A stretch of DNA of 64,000 bases from Prochlorococcaceae cyanobacterium jk18x1bzbins.87. Lineage in GTDB: Bacteria; Cyanobacteriota; Cyanobacteriia; PCC-6307; Cyanobiaceae. The stretch covers positions 10,675 to 74,674 of the forward strand of contig JAJDUS010000043.1 of assembly GCA_022826535.1 (NCBI GenBank). Direction: 5' to 3'. This document shows, in pieces, positions 1 through 9,921 of the stretch. Both the position numbers and the translations under genes were made by a program. Each line of letters begins with the position of its first letter. The stretch's first letter is position 1. The notes beneath the pieces are model-generated. The model saw only the letters and a program-made list of their open reading frames with translations, ran no database searches and was not told where the DNA came from.

Positions 1-87
1 AGTGTGGTGCGGGGCAGTTTCCGTAAGAGCGCCTCCATGAAAAAAGAATTCTTCGACCTCATCCGTCAGCAGGACAGCCTGCTCTGA
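1..87 (+). CDS. folE: 3' end of GTP cyclohydrolase I (partial, window edge)
   Basis: Frame 1 reads SVVRGSFRKSASMKKEFFDLIRQQDSLL*, resembling the FolE C-terminus. folE neighbours trpF in picocyanobacteria. Confidence 0.6.
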   Translation, partial: SVVRGSFRKSASMKKEFFDLIRQQDSLL

Positions 88-90
88 GGC

Positions 91-774
91 TCACCCGCCA
101 GCGCCCCTCACCGCTGCCACAAAGGCTGCGCAGCGTCGCAGATCTTTCCGGCCTGGGGCAGACTCCAGCCCACTGGATGCATCCACCCCATGGGGGCATA
201 CCCCCATGGCTGCCAGGCGCCGAAGGGTGGCACCCACATTGTCCGGTCCCAGACCCCCAGCCAGCCACCATGGACCAGAAAGCCGCTGACCACCAAACCA
301 GGTGACGGGAAGCTGCCGGCCTGTCCCCCCCAGTTGCTGGGGAACATGGGCGTCAAACAGCCGGGCGGCAGCCCCATCCTGGCGCCCCTGGACTATCCGC
401 AGATCCTCGGGGCTGCCAATGCGGTGGGCTTTCCAGATGGGCAATCCCCAACGTTGACTCAACTGGCGACAGCGTTCAGGTTGTTCCTGTCCATGGAGTT
501 GGAGCGTTGTGGGGCGTTGACGGCTGTCTTGGGCCCCCAAGTAGGCGTCCAGGTGGACATCGGCCCCATCAGCAACCACCAGCACCCGCTCCACGGAAGC
601 ATTCTGCCCCTGGACAGCGGTCCAGATGGCTTGACTGGTGGCCGGTGACACCCAACGGGGGGAGCCCGCCACGGCAATCACCCCAATGGCTTGCACACCA
701 CAGGCCACCACGGCCTGGGCCTGCTGCGGTGTGGTCAGCCCGCAAATCTTGATCTGAATCGGGACACTGCCCAT
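91..774 (-). CDS. trpF: phosphoribosylanthranilate isomerase
   Basis: Motifs IKICGLT, LQLHGQE, GGTG, LAGGLGPDNV, GVDASSGLESAPGRKD. Start placed at ATG 774. Confidence 0.95.
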   Translation of the reverse strand: MGSVPIQIKICGLTTPQQAQAVVACGVQAIGVIAVAGSPRWVSPATSQAIWTAVQGQNASVERVLVVADGADVHLDAYLGAQDSRQRPTTLQLHGQEQPERCRQLSQRWGLPIWKAHRIGSPEDLRIVQGRQDGAAARLFDAHVPQQLGGTGRQLPVTWFGGQRLSGPWWLAGGLGPDNVGATLRRLAAMGVCPHGVDASSGLESAPGRKDLRRCAAFVAAVRGAGG

Positions 775-851
775 GGTCGGGATCTCCCCCATTGCCGCAA
801 GCGCTGCATGTTCGCTGCGCTTTCTAAGATGATGGAAGGCCAAGGGCGCTT

Positions 852-2111
852 ATGGGAAAACCCTGGACAATCGGCGCCATTTGTGGTGTTCCCCTGAGGG
901 TTCACCCCAGTTGGCTGATCATCGTGGGTCTGGCCACAGTGTCGTTTCAGGCCCAGTACGGCCAACTGCTGCAAGGCCGTCAGTTGGCGGTGAACACCCC
1001 TGGGCTCTGGCTGCTGGGCTTTGTGACAGTTCTGCTGCTATTCGGCTCTGTGCTGCTCCATGAGCTGGGCCATTCTTTGGTGGCCCTCCGCCATGGGGTC
1101 AAGGTGCGCAGTATCACTCTTTTTCTCTTCGGTGGTGTGGCCACCATTGAAAAGGAATGCCGCTCAGCCCTTGCGGCCCTGCAGGTGGCGGCAGCGGGTC
1201 CCGCCGTCAGCTTTGCCCTGGCGCTGGGTTTCTTTCTTCTCGCCCAACTCGGTGAGACGGTGCAGCCCGTTGCCGCCCTGGTCTGCCGGCAGTTGATGAT
1301 CCTCAACCTGGTTTTGGGGATCTTCAATCTGATGCCGGGACTCCCCTTGGATGGTGGCCTGATCGTGAAGGCCCTGGTGTGGCACTTCAGCGGCAGCCGT
1401 CGTCGGGGCGTTCAGGTGGCTGCAGCGGCTGGACTGGCTCTGGCCATCACAGCCATGGCTCTGGGCCTCTGGTTTGTCCTGGTTTGGCGAACCCCCTCCG
1501 GGCTCTGGCTGGCGTTGCTGGGGTGGTTTGGCCTGGAGGCCGCCAGCGCCCAGTTGCAATTGCTGCGCCTGCAAGACCAACTTCTGCGATTCCGTGTGCA
1601 GCAGGTGCAGGGGCGACGCTATCGCATCCTGAGTGCCCATGTCGATCTCCAGACCATCAGCCGCCAACTGGCCCAGGAGACCACGGACATGGGTCCCCAG
1701 AACTGGCTCCTGGTATATGACGGCCACCGTTGGCTGGGGCGCTTTCAGCCCGAGGCGCTCAAGACGTTGCCGGTGCAGTGTTGGCCACGGGAGATGGTGA
1801 GTCAACGGCTCCAGCCCTGGGAGGAGGTCCCCAGCATCAGGGACAGCGCTCCCCTGTGGCAGGCTGCCCTGGCTTTGGAGCACGCTCCCGAGTCGCGGTT
1901 GCTGGTGCTCAATGGGGCGGGTCTGCCCAGTGGCACCATTGACCGGGTGGATTTGGTGAAGGCAGTCTGCAGGGGTTTGGGCATTCGCCTCCCCGAGCCT
2001 TTCCTCGGCCAGATCCAACGCCTTGGCGGTTATCCGCCAGGCCTCCAGTTGGGCCTTGTGGCCAGCGCCATGGCAGACAGTGAAGACACCAACTCCCCCG
2101 TCAAACCCTGA
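852..2111 (+). CDS. site-2 protease (M50 family) with C-terminal CBS-like region
   Basis: HELGH zinc motif, FNLMPGLPLDGG motif, several TM segments. Confidence 0.9.
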   Translation: MGKPWTIGAICGVPLRVHPSWLIIVGLATVSFQAQYGQLLQGRQLAVNTPGLWLLGFVTVLLLFGSVLLHELGHSLVALRHGVKVRSITLFLFGGVATIEKECRSALAALQVAAAGPAVSFALALGFFLLAQLGETVQPVAALVCRQLMILNLVLGIFNLMPGLPLDGGLIVKALVWHFSGSRRRGVQVAAAAGLALAITAMALGLWFVLVWRTPSGLWLALLGWFGLEAASAQLQLLRLQDQLLRFRVQQVQGRRYRILSAHVDLQTISRQLAQETTDMGPQNWLLVYDGHRWLGRFQPEALKTLPVQCWPREMVSQRLQPWEEVPSIRDSAPLWQAALALEHAPESRLLVLNGAGLPSGTIDRVDLVKAVCRGLGIRLPEPFLGQIQRLGGYPPGLQLGLVASAMADSEDTNSPVKP

Positions 2112-2949
2112 CGTTGCCCCCCGTCCCCCGCTGCGCTTGGGGCCAGGCCTCCAGTTGGCCCTTCTGTTGCTCCTGGCCCTGCTGACGCTTCTGCCCCTCT
2201 TCTGGCTGGTGAGCACATCCCTGAAGGGACCTGGCGAGAATATTTTCCAGACACCCCCCCAGCTTCTGCCCCAATCCCCCAGCCTGGCCGCCTACAAACG
2301 GCTGCTCCAGGACACCCTGATTCTGCGCTATCTGTTCAACAGCATGGTGGTCAGCGGGATGGCCGTCATGGCCAATCTCCTCTTCTGCAGCCTGGCGGCC
2401 TTTCCTTTGGCGCGGCTCCACTTCCGCGGCCGTGGTCTGGTGCTGGCCCTGGTGGTGGCCACCATTCTGATCCCGTTTCAGGTGGTGATGATTCCCCTCT
2501 ACGTGGTGATGGTGCAACTAGGCCTGCGCAACACCACCATGGCCTTGATCCTTCCCCATGCCGCCACGGCTTTTGGTATTTTTCTTCTGCGCCAGAGTTT
2601 TCTCGGTGTCCCCCGGGAACTGGAGGAGGCTGCCCAGATGGATGGCTGCACCGTGGTGGGGCGCTGGTGGAATGTGTTGCTCCCTGCCGCCAGGGCCGAC
2701 CTGCTCACCCTGGCGGTGTTTGTGTTCATTGGCACCTGGAGCGATTTCCTCTGGCCCCTCGTCATTCTGGATGACCCGCGGCTTTACACCTTGCCCCTGG
2801 GTCTGCAGCAACTCTCCAGCAGCTTCTCATTGGACTGGCGCCTGGTGGCAGCCGGCGCTGTGGTCTCAATCCTGCCGGTGTTGGTGCTGTTCACCATGCT
2901 ACAGCGGTTTATCCTGCCCAGCGGCGCCGCCAGTGGCCTGAAGGGGTGA
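2023..2949 (+). CDS. carbohydrate ABC transporter permease (start uncertain, probably near 2110)
   Basis: EAA loop PRELEEAAQMDG, WSDFLWPL, six TM helices. Confidence 0.9.
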   Translation: MAVIRQASSWALWPAPWQTVKTPTPPSNPDVAPRPPLRLGPGLQLALLLLLALLTLLPLFWLVSTSLKGPGENIFQTPPQLLPQSPSLAAYKRLLQDTLILRYLFNSMVVSGMAVMANLLFCSLAAFPLARLHFRGRGLVLALVVATILIPFQVVMIPLYVVMVQLGLRNTTMALILPHAATAFGIFLLRQSFLGVPRELEEAAQMDGCTVVGRWWNVLLPAARADLLTLAVFVFIGTWSDFLWPLVILDDPRLYTLPLGLQQLSSSFSLDWRLVAAGAVVSILPVLVLFTMLQRFILPSGAASGLKG

Positions 2950-2979
2950 TGGTTGCCATGTCTCCGGCCTTGCGGTGCC

Positions 2980-5028
2980 TTAGCGGGTAATGATGTCCTT
3001 GTGGGCGATGGGATAGGGGATGCGGTGATGGCGCATCCGCTTCCACACCTTGACAAAGGCATCCGCCACCAATTCCAGTTCCATGGTGCTGAGCCCCGAC
3101 TGGCCCAGTTGTCCATCCCGGATGCGGGAATCCATAATGCGACCCACGGTGGCGTGGGCCGCATCTTCCGAGACCTCTGGCGGCAGGGAGCGAAGTGCTG
3201 CTTCACAGCCATCGGCCAACATCTGAATCCCGGTTTCCCGTGAGCGGGGGGTTGGTCCCCGATAGCGGAAGTCCTTCTCCTGTGGCGTGGGATGGCGCTT
3301 CTGGGCAGCGTGCCAGAAGTACTCCATGCGCATGGTGCCTTGGTGCTCCGGAATGAAGTCACAAACGGACTGGGGGAGACGGGAGCGGCGGGCCATGCGC
3401 AGACCCTCGTCCACATGAGCTTGCAGCACCTTGGCGCTGGTCCATGGGTTGTTCAGCAGTTCATGGGGATTGTGCCCATCGGACTGGTTTTCAATGAACC
3501 ATTGGGGCCGATGAAGCTTGCCGATATCGTGATACAGGGAGCCGGTACGCACCAGGTCCACATCCGCCCCGATGGCCCTGGCCCCCTCTTCCGCCAAACC
3601 ACAGATCATGAGCGTGTGCTCAAAGGTGCCCGGCGCTTCCTTGGAGAGGCGCCGCAGTAACGGGCGTTGCAAATCAGCCAATTCCAGCAAACGACTGCGG
3701 CTCACCAGGCCACAGGTATGTTCCAACGCCGGCGCCAGGTTAAGGCCCAGCAGCAGGATTGCCCCCATGAGCAAGCCCTCTCCCAGGGGCTCCCTGCTGC
3801 TCAGCAACCCCACAGACACCCCCATCTGCTCCGCCACACGGAACGTGAGCACCTGCAACAGCAGCGCTGCCAGGGTGAGCAGGGTGGCGTTCTGCAACAG
3901 TTGGGCCCGACTTCGCTGGTGGCCGGCCATCAGCGCCCCGGTGGTCGCAATGCTGAATGCAATCAGCACCCGGAGAAGGCCCCCATTGTCCATGGGGAAA
4001 GGCCAAAGGGCTGAAGCCACCGCCAACCACCCCAGGGCTGGGCCCGCACCCATCACCTCCGCCAGCAAAAAGGTGGGTGGAACCAGAACAGCCAGTGGGC
4101 TGACCGCTGCCCTCAGCCAGAGCTTCACCCCCTGAATCAGGGCCATGGCCAGCAGAAGCACCAACCCATGCTGGGGCTGCAGCCGGGGATTCCAGCGGCG
4201 CGCCACCTGTACCATCAGCCATGACCCCAGCACCGCTTCACCAAAGCGCCAAGCCCAGTTTTCCAGTTGGAGCCGACGGGGCACAAAGTTAAAGTGGTCC
4301 AGCACATCAAACTGTCGTGAGTTGATCTGCTTCCCCCGGCTGACAATTAGGTCACCGGCCTTCACCTTGATTACCTCGGCGTTCTGATTGAGCAGCTTCT
4401 CGGTGAGTTGGCGGGTGAGACCTGGATCTCGCCGCAGGTTGGTTTGCCCCAGGAGGGAACGAACCAGAAGCTTGGCGCCCACCTGTTGCTGCTGTTCAGG
4501 CAGGGAAAATAATTGCTGCTGGGCAGCATTCCGCAAACTCTGCTCGGAGATGGACGCCACCAACCCTTGGGACAACATGCGCTGTTGGCCCTGAAGGATC
4601 TGCTGCTCCCAGGCCTGTCGGTCCTCCCCATGGAGTTGTTGCTGATCCTCCAGTTCTTCCTTCGAGAGATCAATGGGAGGCACTGCCAGGTCATCCGTAG
4701 CAATACTGCGACGCAGCTCCCCAAGACCTCGCTCCAAGGATTCCACCAGGAGGAGATTTTGCTGGCCATCAATCACATGGACCACAGTATTTAGACCCAG
4801 GTCACTGCGCCTGGCCTCCAGGGCAGACCGATCAATGATCCGTGCAGATGCTGGCGCCCGATAATCCTGCTCTGCGATGGCCCCCACAGCCAAGACCGGC
4901 TCCCGCAAGAGGGGCCAACTGGAGAGGGCCCCCACCAGCAATGCCACCAGAACAATGGCCACCCACCCCGACCATGGCCATGGTCGGGGCCATGGCCGCG
5001 GTTGTTGTGTCTGCCAAAAGCGACCCAA
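2980..5028 (-). CDS. 7TM-HD family phosphohydrolase (PgpH-like)
   Basis: 7TM region followed by HD domain (EHT...YHDIGK...HVDEG...EHQGT...LADGCEAA). Confidence 0.9.
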   Translation of the reverse strand: MGRFWQTQQPRPWPRPWPWSGWVAIVLVALLVGALSSWPLLREPVLAVGAIAEQDYRAPASARIIDRSALEARRSDLGLNTVVHVIDGQQNLLLVESLERGLGELRRSIATDDLAVPPIDLSKEELEDQQQLHGEDRQAWEQQILQGQQRMLSQGLVASISEQSLRNAAQQQLFSLPEQQQQVGAKLLVRSLLGQTNLRRDPGLTRQLTEKLLNQNAEVIKVKAGDLIVSRGKQINSRQFDVLDHFNFVPRRLQLENWAWRFGEAVLGSWLMVQVARRWNPRLQPQHGLVLLLAMALIQGVKLWLRAAVSPLAVLVPPTFLLAEVMGAGPALGWLAVASALWPFPMDNGGLLRVLIAFSIATTGALMAGHQRSRAQLLQNATLLTLAALLLQVLTFRVAEQMGVSVGLLSSREPLGEGLLMGAILLLGLNLAPALEHTCGLVSRSRLLELADLQRPLLRRLSKEAPGTFEHTLMICGLAEEGARAIGADVDLVRTGSLYHDIGKLHRPQWFIENQSDGHNPHELLNNPWTSAKVLQAHVDEGLRMARRSRLPQSVCDFIPEHQGTMRMEYFWHAAQKRHPTPQEKDFRYRGPTPRSRETGIQMLADGCEAALRSLPPEVSEDAAHATVGRIMDSRIRDGQLGQSGLSTMELELVADAFVKVWKRMRHHRIPYPIAHKDIITR

Positions 5029-5076
5029 CAGATCAATGAGATTTAAAGGGCCCCTGGGCAGGCCACCCTGGCGGAG

Positions 5077-6087
5077 ATGGCTGATCCAGCGGGCTATAGT
5101 TCTATAAATTTTGCATCGGGCATCGATGCTCCAACTTTAGCCCCGTGCCAGCAGCTTGCTGCATGCATTTTGGAGCCCATGGCAAAACATCTCGATGGTC
5201 GGTTACTGGCGACTCGCTATGAGGCCAGCCTCAGGGCGTCCATTGCACAGCACCTGGCCACCGCCGGTTATCCCCCTGGATTGGCGGTGGTGCGGATTGG
5301 AGAGGATCCAGCCAGCGGGGTCTACGTGCGCAAAAAGGCCCAGGCCTGTGGCCGGGTTGGCATCAGGAGCCGGATCACCCACCATCCGGCCACGGCCAGT
5401 CAACAGGAAGTGCTGGAGAGCATCCGCCAACTCAATGCCGATCCGTCCTGTGATGGCATCCTGGTGCAACTCCCCATTCCTGCCCATCTCGATGCCCGCC
5501 AGCTTCTCCTGGCCGTGGACCCGGCCAAGGATGTGGATGGGTTACATCCCCTCAATCTGGGCCGTCTGATGCGGGGTGAGCCAGGGTTACGCTCCTGTAC
5601 CCCAGCAGGGATCATGGCCTTGCTGGCCCAGGGCTGCATTGCGCTGGAGGGGATCCGTGCGTTGGTGATCGGCCGCAGCATCCTGGTGGGTCAGCCCATG
5701 GGGATCATGCTGCAGCAGGCCAACGCCACGGTGACCATGGCCCATTCCCGCACCCGGGATCTGGCTCACCAATGCCGTCAGGCGGAATTGCTTGTGGTTG
5801 CTGCAGGAAAGCCGGGCCTGGTGAGGGCGGATTGGGTGCGGCCTGGAGTTGTAGTGGTGGATGTGGGCATTCACCGGGTACCACCCCGACAGCAGGGTGA
5901 ACGGGCAACCCTGTGTGGAGATGTGTATTTTGCGGCGGTGGAGCCGTTGGCCAGCCACATCACCCCTGTTCCGGGAGGGGTGGGCCCAATGACCGTTGCC
6001 ATGTTGCTATGGAACACCGTGCAGGCCTGGCAGCAGCGCTGTGGTGGCGTGGTCAGAACCGTCTTGGTGCCGCTGCTGCCCCACTGA
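5077..6087 (+). CDS. folD: bifunctional methylenetetrahydrofolate dehydrogenase/cyclohydrolase (start may be 5179)
   Basis: Motifs [47 protein letters not shown]. Confidence 0.97.
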   Translation: MADPAGYSSINFASGIDAPTLAPCQQLAACILEPMAKHLDGRLLATRYEASLRASIAQHLATAGYPPGLAVVRIGEDPASGVYVRKKAQACGRVGIRSRITHHPATASQQEVLESIRQLNADPSCDGILVQLPIPAHLDARQLLLAVDPAKDVDGLHPLNLGRLMRGEPGLRSCTPAGIMALLAQGCIALEGIRALVIGRSILVGQPMGIMLQQANATVTMAHSRTRDLAHQCRQAELLVVAAGKPGLVRADWVRPGVVVVDVGIHRVPPRQQGERATLCGDVYFAAVEPLASHITPVPGGVGPMTVAMLLWNTVQAWQQRCGGVVRTVLVPLLPH

Positions 6088-6163
6088 GGCGCTCCCGTTC
6101 CATCCCCTAAGGGACAATGGCTCCCCATGCCGTTTCTGTGGGACGGCTCCATCTCCATGCGCC

Positions 6164-7060
6164 ATGGCCCATCAACAGCCCTTTGAATTGGAGACCTATC
6201 TTCAGGCCAAAAAGGTGCAGGTGGAAGCCGCCCTTGCAGAAGCCGTGACGCTGGACCAGCCCGCCAGCCTGCGGCAGGCCATGGAATACTCCCTGCTGGC
6301 GGGGGGGAAGCGTTTGCGCCCCATTCTCTGTCTGGCCAGTTGCGAACTGGCGGGGGGAGAGCCCCGGTTGGCCCTGCCCACGGCCTGCGCCCTGGAGATG
6401 GTGCATACCATGTCCTTGATCCATGACGACCTACCGGCCATGGATGACGATGACCTGCGCCGGGGCCGCGCCACCAACCACAAAATGTTTGGTGAAGCCA
6501 TGGCGATCCTGGCCGGTGACGCTCTGCTCTGCCAGGCGTTCGAGATGGTGGCGGGACGCTCATCCGGTGTTCCGGCCCAGCGGCTGCTGGCGGTCACCAC
6601 CGCACTGGCCAGGGCTGCGGGCGCACCGGGTCTTGTGGGGGGGCAGGTGGTGGATTTGGCCAGTGAGGGGAAGCGGGTCCCCCTGGAAACCCTGGAGTTC
6701 ATTCACCTCCACAAGACAGCAGCCCTGCTGGAGGTGTCGGTCATCAGCGGCGCCCTCATTGCTGGGGCTGCTGAGGCGTTGGTGGCTGATCTGCGCCGCT
6801 ACGCCCGCAATATCGGCCTGGCGTTTCAGATCATTGACGACATCCTGGATGTCACGGCAGACAGTGCCACCTTGGGCAAAACCGCGGGCAAGGATCTGCT
6901 CACCGAAAAGAGCACCTACCCCGCGCTGCTGGGCCTTGAGGCGTCTCGTCAGAGTGCGACTGCATTGATCACGGCCGCCAAGGCTGCCTTGGCCCCACAG
7001 GTGGAGGCCACCCGCCCGCTGTTGGCCTTGGCGGACTTCATTGCCAACCGTAACCACTGA
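6164..7060 (+). CDS. crtE: geranylgeranyl pyrophosphate synthase
   Basis: Motifs [41 protein letters not shown]. Confidence 0.95.
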   Translation: MAHQQPFELETYLQAKKVQVEAALAEAVTLDQPASLRQAMEYSLLAGGKRLRPILCLASCELAGGEPRLALPTACALEMVHTMSLIHDDLPAMDDDDLRRGRATNHKMFGEAMAILAGDALLCQAFEMVAGRSSGVPAQRLLAVTTALARAAGAPGLVGGQVVDLASEGKRVPLETLEFIHLHKTAALLEVSVISGALIAGAAEALVADLRRYARNIGLAFQIIDDILDVTADSATLGKTAGKDLLTEKSTYPALLGLEASRQSATALITAAKAALAPQVEATRPLLALADFIANRNH

Positions 7061-7272
7061 CCCCCGGCTGTCCTGGGAGATGGGACACAAGCCCCGCTCT
7101 TCAGGACAGCTTTTTCTTTGCTGCACCCTGGGGGTACGGACATGGAGTCCACCTCGGCTCGTCCCCCAGGCAGCAGCAGGCCGTGGCGTGGCAATCCACC
7201 TGAACGGTGTGTGCTTAAGCTCTCAGCGGAGAAGGAATCTCTGCCCTTCACGGTGGGGAGGAAGTCAACACC

Positions 7273-7752
7273 ATGAATGCCCTCACTGCGCTGTCTGACA
7301 ATGCCGTCCTCGCTTGGGCCCTCCTGGCCTGTGGCATGGCCCAGCTCAGCAAGCTGTTGATTGTGCTGGTGGTGGAGCGGCAATGGCGCCCAGCGGTCCT
7401 CCTGGAGACGGGGGGAATGCCCTCCAGCCATGCGGCCCTGGTGAGTGGGGTGGCGGCCGGCGTGGGCTGGCAGGTGGGCTTTGATCAACCCCTGTTTGCT
7501 CTGGCCTGTGCCCTGGCCCTGGTGGTGATGTATGACGCCAGCGGTGTGCGCCGTGCTGCTGGCCTTCAGGCCGAGCGGCTGAATACCTTCATGACGCCCA
7601 CTGATCCTGACTGTTGCTCCTCCCTTGAACCCCTGAACACCAATCTGGGGCATACCCGGCGCCAAGTGCTGGCGGGGGCCCTGGTGGGAATTTTCGTGGT
7701 CCTTCTAGGCATGGGCCGGACTGGCGGTGTCCTGGATGTTCCATGGCATTAG
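7273..7752 (+). CDS. divergent PAP2 family protein (DUF212)
   Basis: Motifs GGMPSSH, VMYDASGVRRAAG, LGHT. Confidence 0.9.
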   Translation: MNALTALSDNAVLAWALLACGMAQLSKLLIVLVVERQWRPAVLLETGGMPSSHAALVSGVAAGVGWQVGFDQPLFALACALALVVMYDASGVRRAAGLQAERLNTFMTPTDPDCCSSLEPLNTNLGHTRRQVLAGALVGIFVVLLGMGRTGGVLDVPWH

Positions 7753-8708
7753 AGCTCTTCCGGAGGCACGGTCATCACTGGATAACTGCCGAAGTTAAGC
7801 AGTTGCTCACAGATGGGGTACAGGTTTTCCAGGGCCCCCTGGAAATGTTCAGTCTGGTAGTGCCCCTCAACGTCAACGAAAAACACATATTTCCCCAAAT
7901 CGGTCTTGGCGGGGCGGGACTCAATGCGGGACATATTCAGGTTCTGCCCATGGAAGACCTGCAACGCCTCCACCAATGCTCCAGGGCGGTCCCGTTGCCG
8001 CAGGGCAAAACAGAGGCTGGTGATCACACCGTGAACCGGAGGCCCGGAGGGGGGGGTGGAACACGGCACCGTAACAGGCCGCACCAGCAGAAAGCGGGTG
8101 CAATTGTTGGGTTCGTCGTTGATGGGGTAAGCCAAAACCTTCAGGCCCTGCTCCCTGGCGGCATCCAGTGAGGCAATAGCCCCGCGGAAGCGGCTCCCTT
8201 TCACCATCCGCGCTGCTTCCGCCGTGGAGGTGGTGGGCAGTTGCAGTGCCTGGGGAAGGTGGTTATTCAGCCAGGTGCTGCACTGACCCAGTGCCTGGGG
8301 ATGGGAGATGACCTCGCTGATGTCTTCCATGCGGGCGCCCCCCAATAAGGCATGGCGGATGGGTAGCACCAGCCCTCGCAGAATTTCCAGGCCTTGGGGT
8401 CCATAGGGATTGGGGGAGGCCGGAGGGCAACAGGGAGCACTCAAATTCCAGAGGGTATCCAGCGTGGCGGTCACGCCACCCTGCACGGAATTTTCCACCG
8501 GCACCACAGCGGCGGCTACGGAGCCGTCTCCCCCATGGTTGCCCTTGAGCTGGCCCAACACATGCTGGATGGAGAGGCCGGAACGGGGAGTATGGTCCTG
8601 CAGCCCTTGGGCCTGGGCCAGTTGATGGCAGGCTGCCTCCGCATAGGTGCCGGAGGGACCCAGAAACGCAATGAAGGGAACAGACAAGGGTGGGTGACGG
8701 GATCTCAC
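7749..8708 (-). CDS. pheA: prephenate dehydratase
   Basis: Motifs FLGPSGTY, VPVENSVQG, SHPQALGQC, NCTRF, and ACT-domain IESRP. Confidence 0.95.
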   Translation of the reverse strand: MRSRHPPLSVPFIAFLGPSGTYAEAACHQLAQAQGLQDHTPRSGLSIQHVLGQLKGNHGGDGSVAAAVVPVENSVQGGVTATLDTLWNLSAPCCPPASPNPYGPQGLEILRGLVLPIRHALLGGARMEDISEVISHPQALGQCSTWLNNHLPQALQLPTTSTAEAARMVKGSRFRGAIASLDAAREQGLKVLAYPINDEPNNCTRFLLVRPVTVPCSTPPSGPPVHGVITSLCFALRQRDRPGALVEALQVFHGQNLNMSRIESRPAKTDLGKYVFFVDVEGHYQTEHFQGALENLYPICEQLLNFGSYPVMTVPPEEL

Positions 8709-8737
8709 TTGGCTAAGATCCCATCAACAGTGGCGCC

Positions 8738-9289
8738 ATGGCCATGCAATTGGCCTTCTCAGCCCGGCAAAAGCTGGGTCTGACTGTACCAGGGTCTTCG
8801 GAGAATCTGGGTGCTTATCTGAGGGAAGAGGAACGGGTGATCAGGCTCCTCCTGGGTTCCGACGCGCTTCAGGTTCTAGGACCGGCTCATTATCGCTACA
8901 CCCTTCCCCGGTTCAAGATCTTTCAGTTGCAGATGCAACCCATCGTTGACCTGCGCACCACCCTCTTACTCCAGCGGCTGGTGATCCGTTCCTGTCAGTG
9001 CCGCCTCAATAGCACGGCGCTGGCAGCCAGTGACTTTCAACTCCAGTTGGAGTCCTGGTTAGAGGCCCGTGGCGAGCAGGTGGAGGGGGACGCATCCCTG
9101 GCGATACAGGTGAACCGTCCGGCGCTGCTGCGCCTGGTTCCCAAGGCTGTCCTGGAAGGGGCGGGTGTCCGCGTGTTGAACGGTGCTTTGGGCAGCATCA
9201 AGGCCAGGATCAGCCAGAAGCTTTTGCAGGACTTCCAGGCCTGGCACCTTGGGAGCGGGGTTCTTGAGAACGGCGCGGTGTCCCCCTGA
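8738..9289 (+). CDS. DUF1997 family protein
   Basis: Size, sequence pattern and position between pheA and rnhB match this cyanobacterial family. Confidence 0.75.
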   Translation: MAMQLAFSARQKLGLTVPGSSENLGAYLREEERVIRLLLGSDALQVLGPAHYRYTLPRFKIFQLQMQPIVDLRTTLLLQRLVIRSCQCRLNSTALAASDFQLQLESWLEARGEQVEGDASLAIQVNRPALLRLVPKAVLEGAGVRVLNGALGSIKARISQKLLQDFQAWHLGSGVLENGAVSP

Positions 9290-9872
9290 TCCCCTCTGCT
9301 GCTCCCGGAATCTTCCCCAGAAAGCTGAGACGGTGGAGTGGCGTGGGACCCAGTCTTTGGAGCGCTGCTTGATGCTGAGCCGTTCCATAGCCCTTATGGG
9401 CGGCCAAACCATAGCCCGGAAAGCGCTGATCCAGCCGGAGGAGCAAATCGTCTCTGGCCTGTTTGGCCACGATGCTGGCACAGGCAATGGTCAGGCAGCG
9501 TTGATCCCCCCGCACCACCGTCTGCTGAGGATTGCGCCATGGCCGCAGCTTCAGCTTGCCATCCACCAGCACCAGCTGCGGCACCTTGGCAAGACGTTGC
9601 AGGGCCCGCACCATGGCCAATTCCGTTGCAGCCCGTATTCCCCCCTGATCAATCTCCCGGGCCGAGGCCTGCCCCAAACCCCAATCCGTGGCCAGGCGAA
9701 GAATGACTGGCAGGAGTCTTTGGCGGCAGGCCGGTTTCAGGGCCTTACTGTCTTGAATGCCAGCAGCGGCAAGGATGGGCAATGCCGCCGCATTCAGACA
9801 ACAGGCCGCCGCAAAAACAGGGCCAAATAAACAGCCTCGCCCCACCTCGTCCACACCAGCAAGGGAGGTCAA
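9210..9872 (-). CDS. rnhB: ribonuclease HII (start approximate)
   Basis: Motifs [35 protein letters not shown]. Lies downstream of rne. Confidence 0.95.
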   Translation of the reverse strand: MTSLAGVDEVGRGCLFGPVFAAACCLNAAALPILAAAGIQDSKALKPACRQRLLPVILRLATDWGLGQASAREIDQGGIRAATELAMVRALQRLAKVPQLVLVDGKLKLRPWRNPQQTVVRGDQRCLTIACASIVAKQARDDLLLRLDQRFPGYGLAAHKGYGTAQHQAALQRLGPTPLHRLSFLGKIPGAAEGIRGTPRRSQEPRSQGARPGSPAKASG

Positions 9873-9921
9873 GGCCACCCCGGCGGCAGTCCCCCGCTGT
9901 GGATCTTCTCCGGCCAGGGCC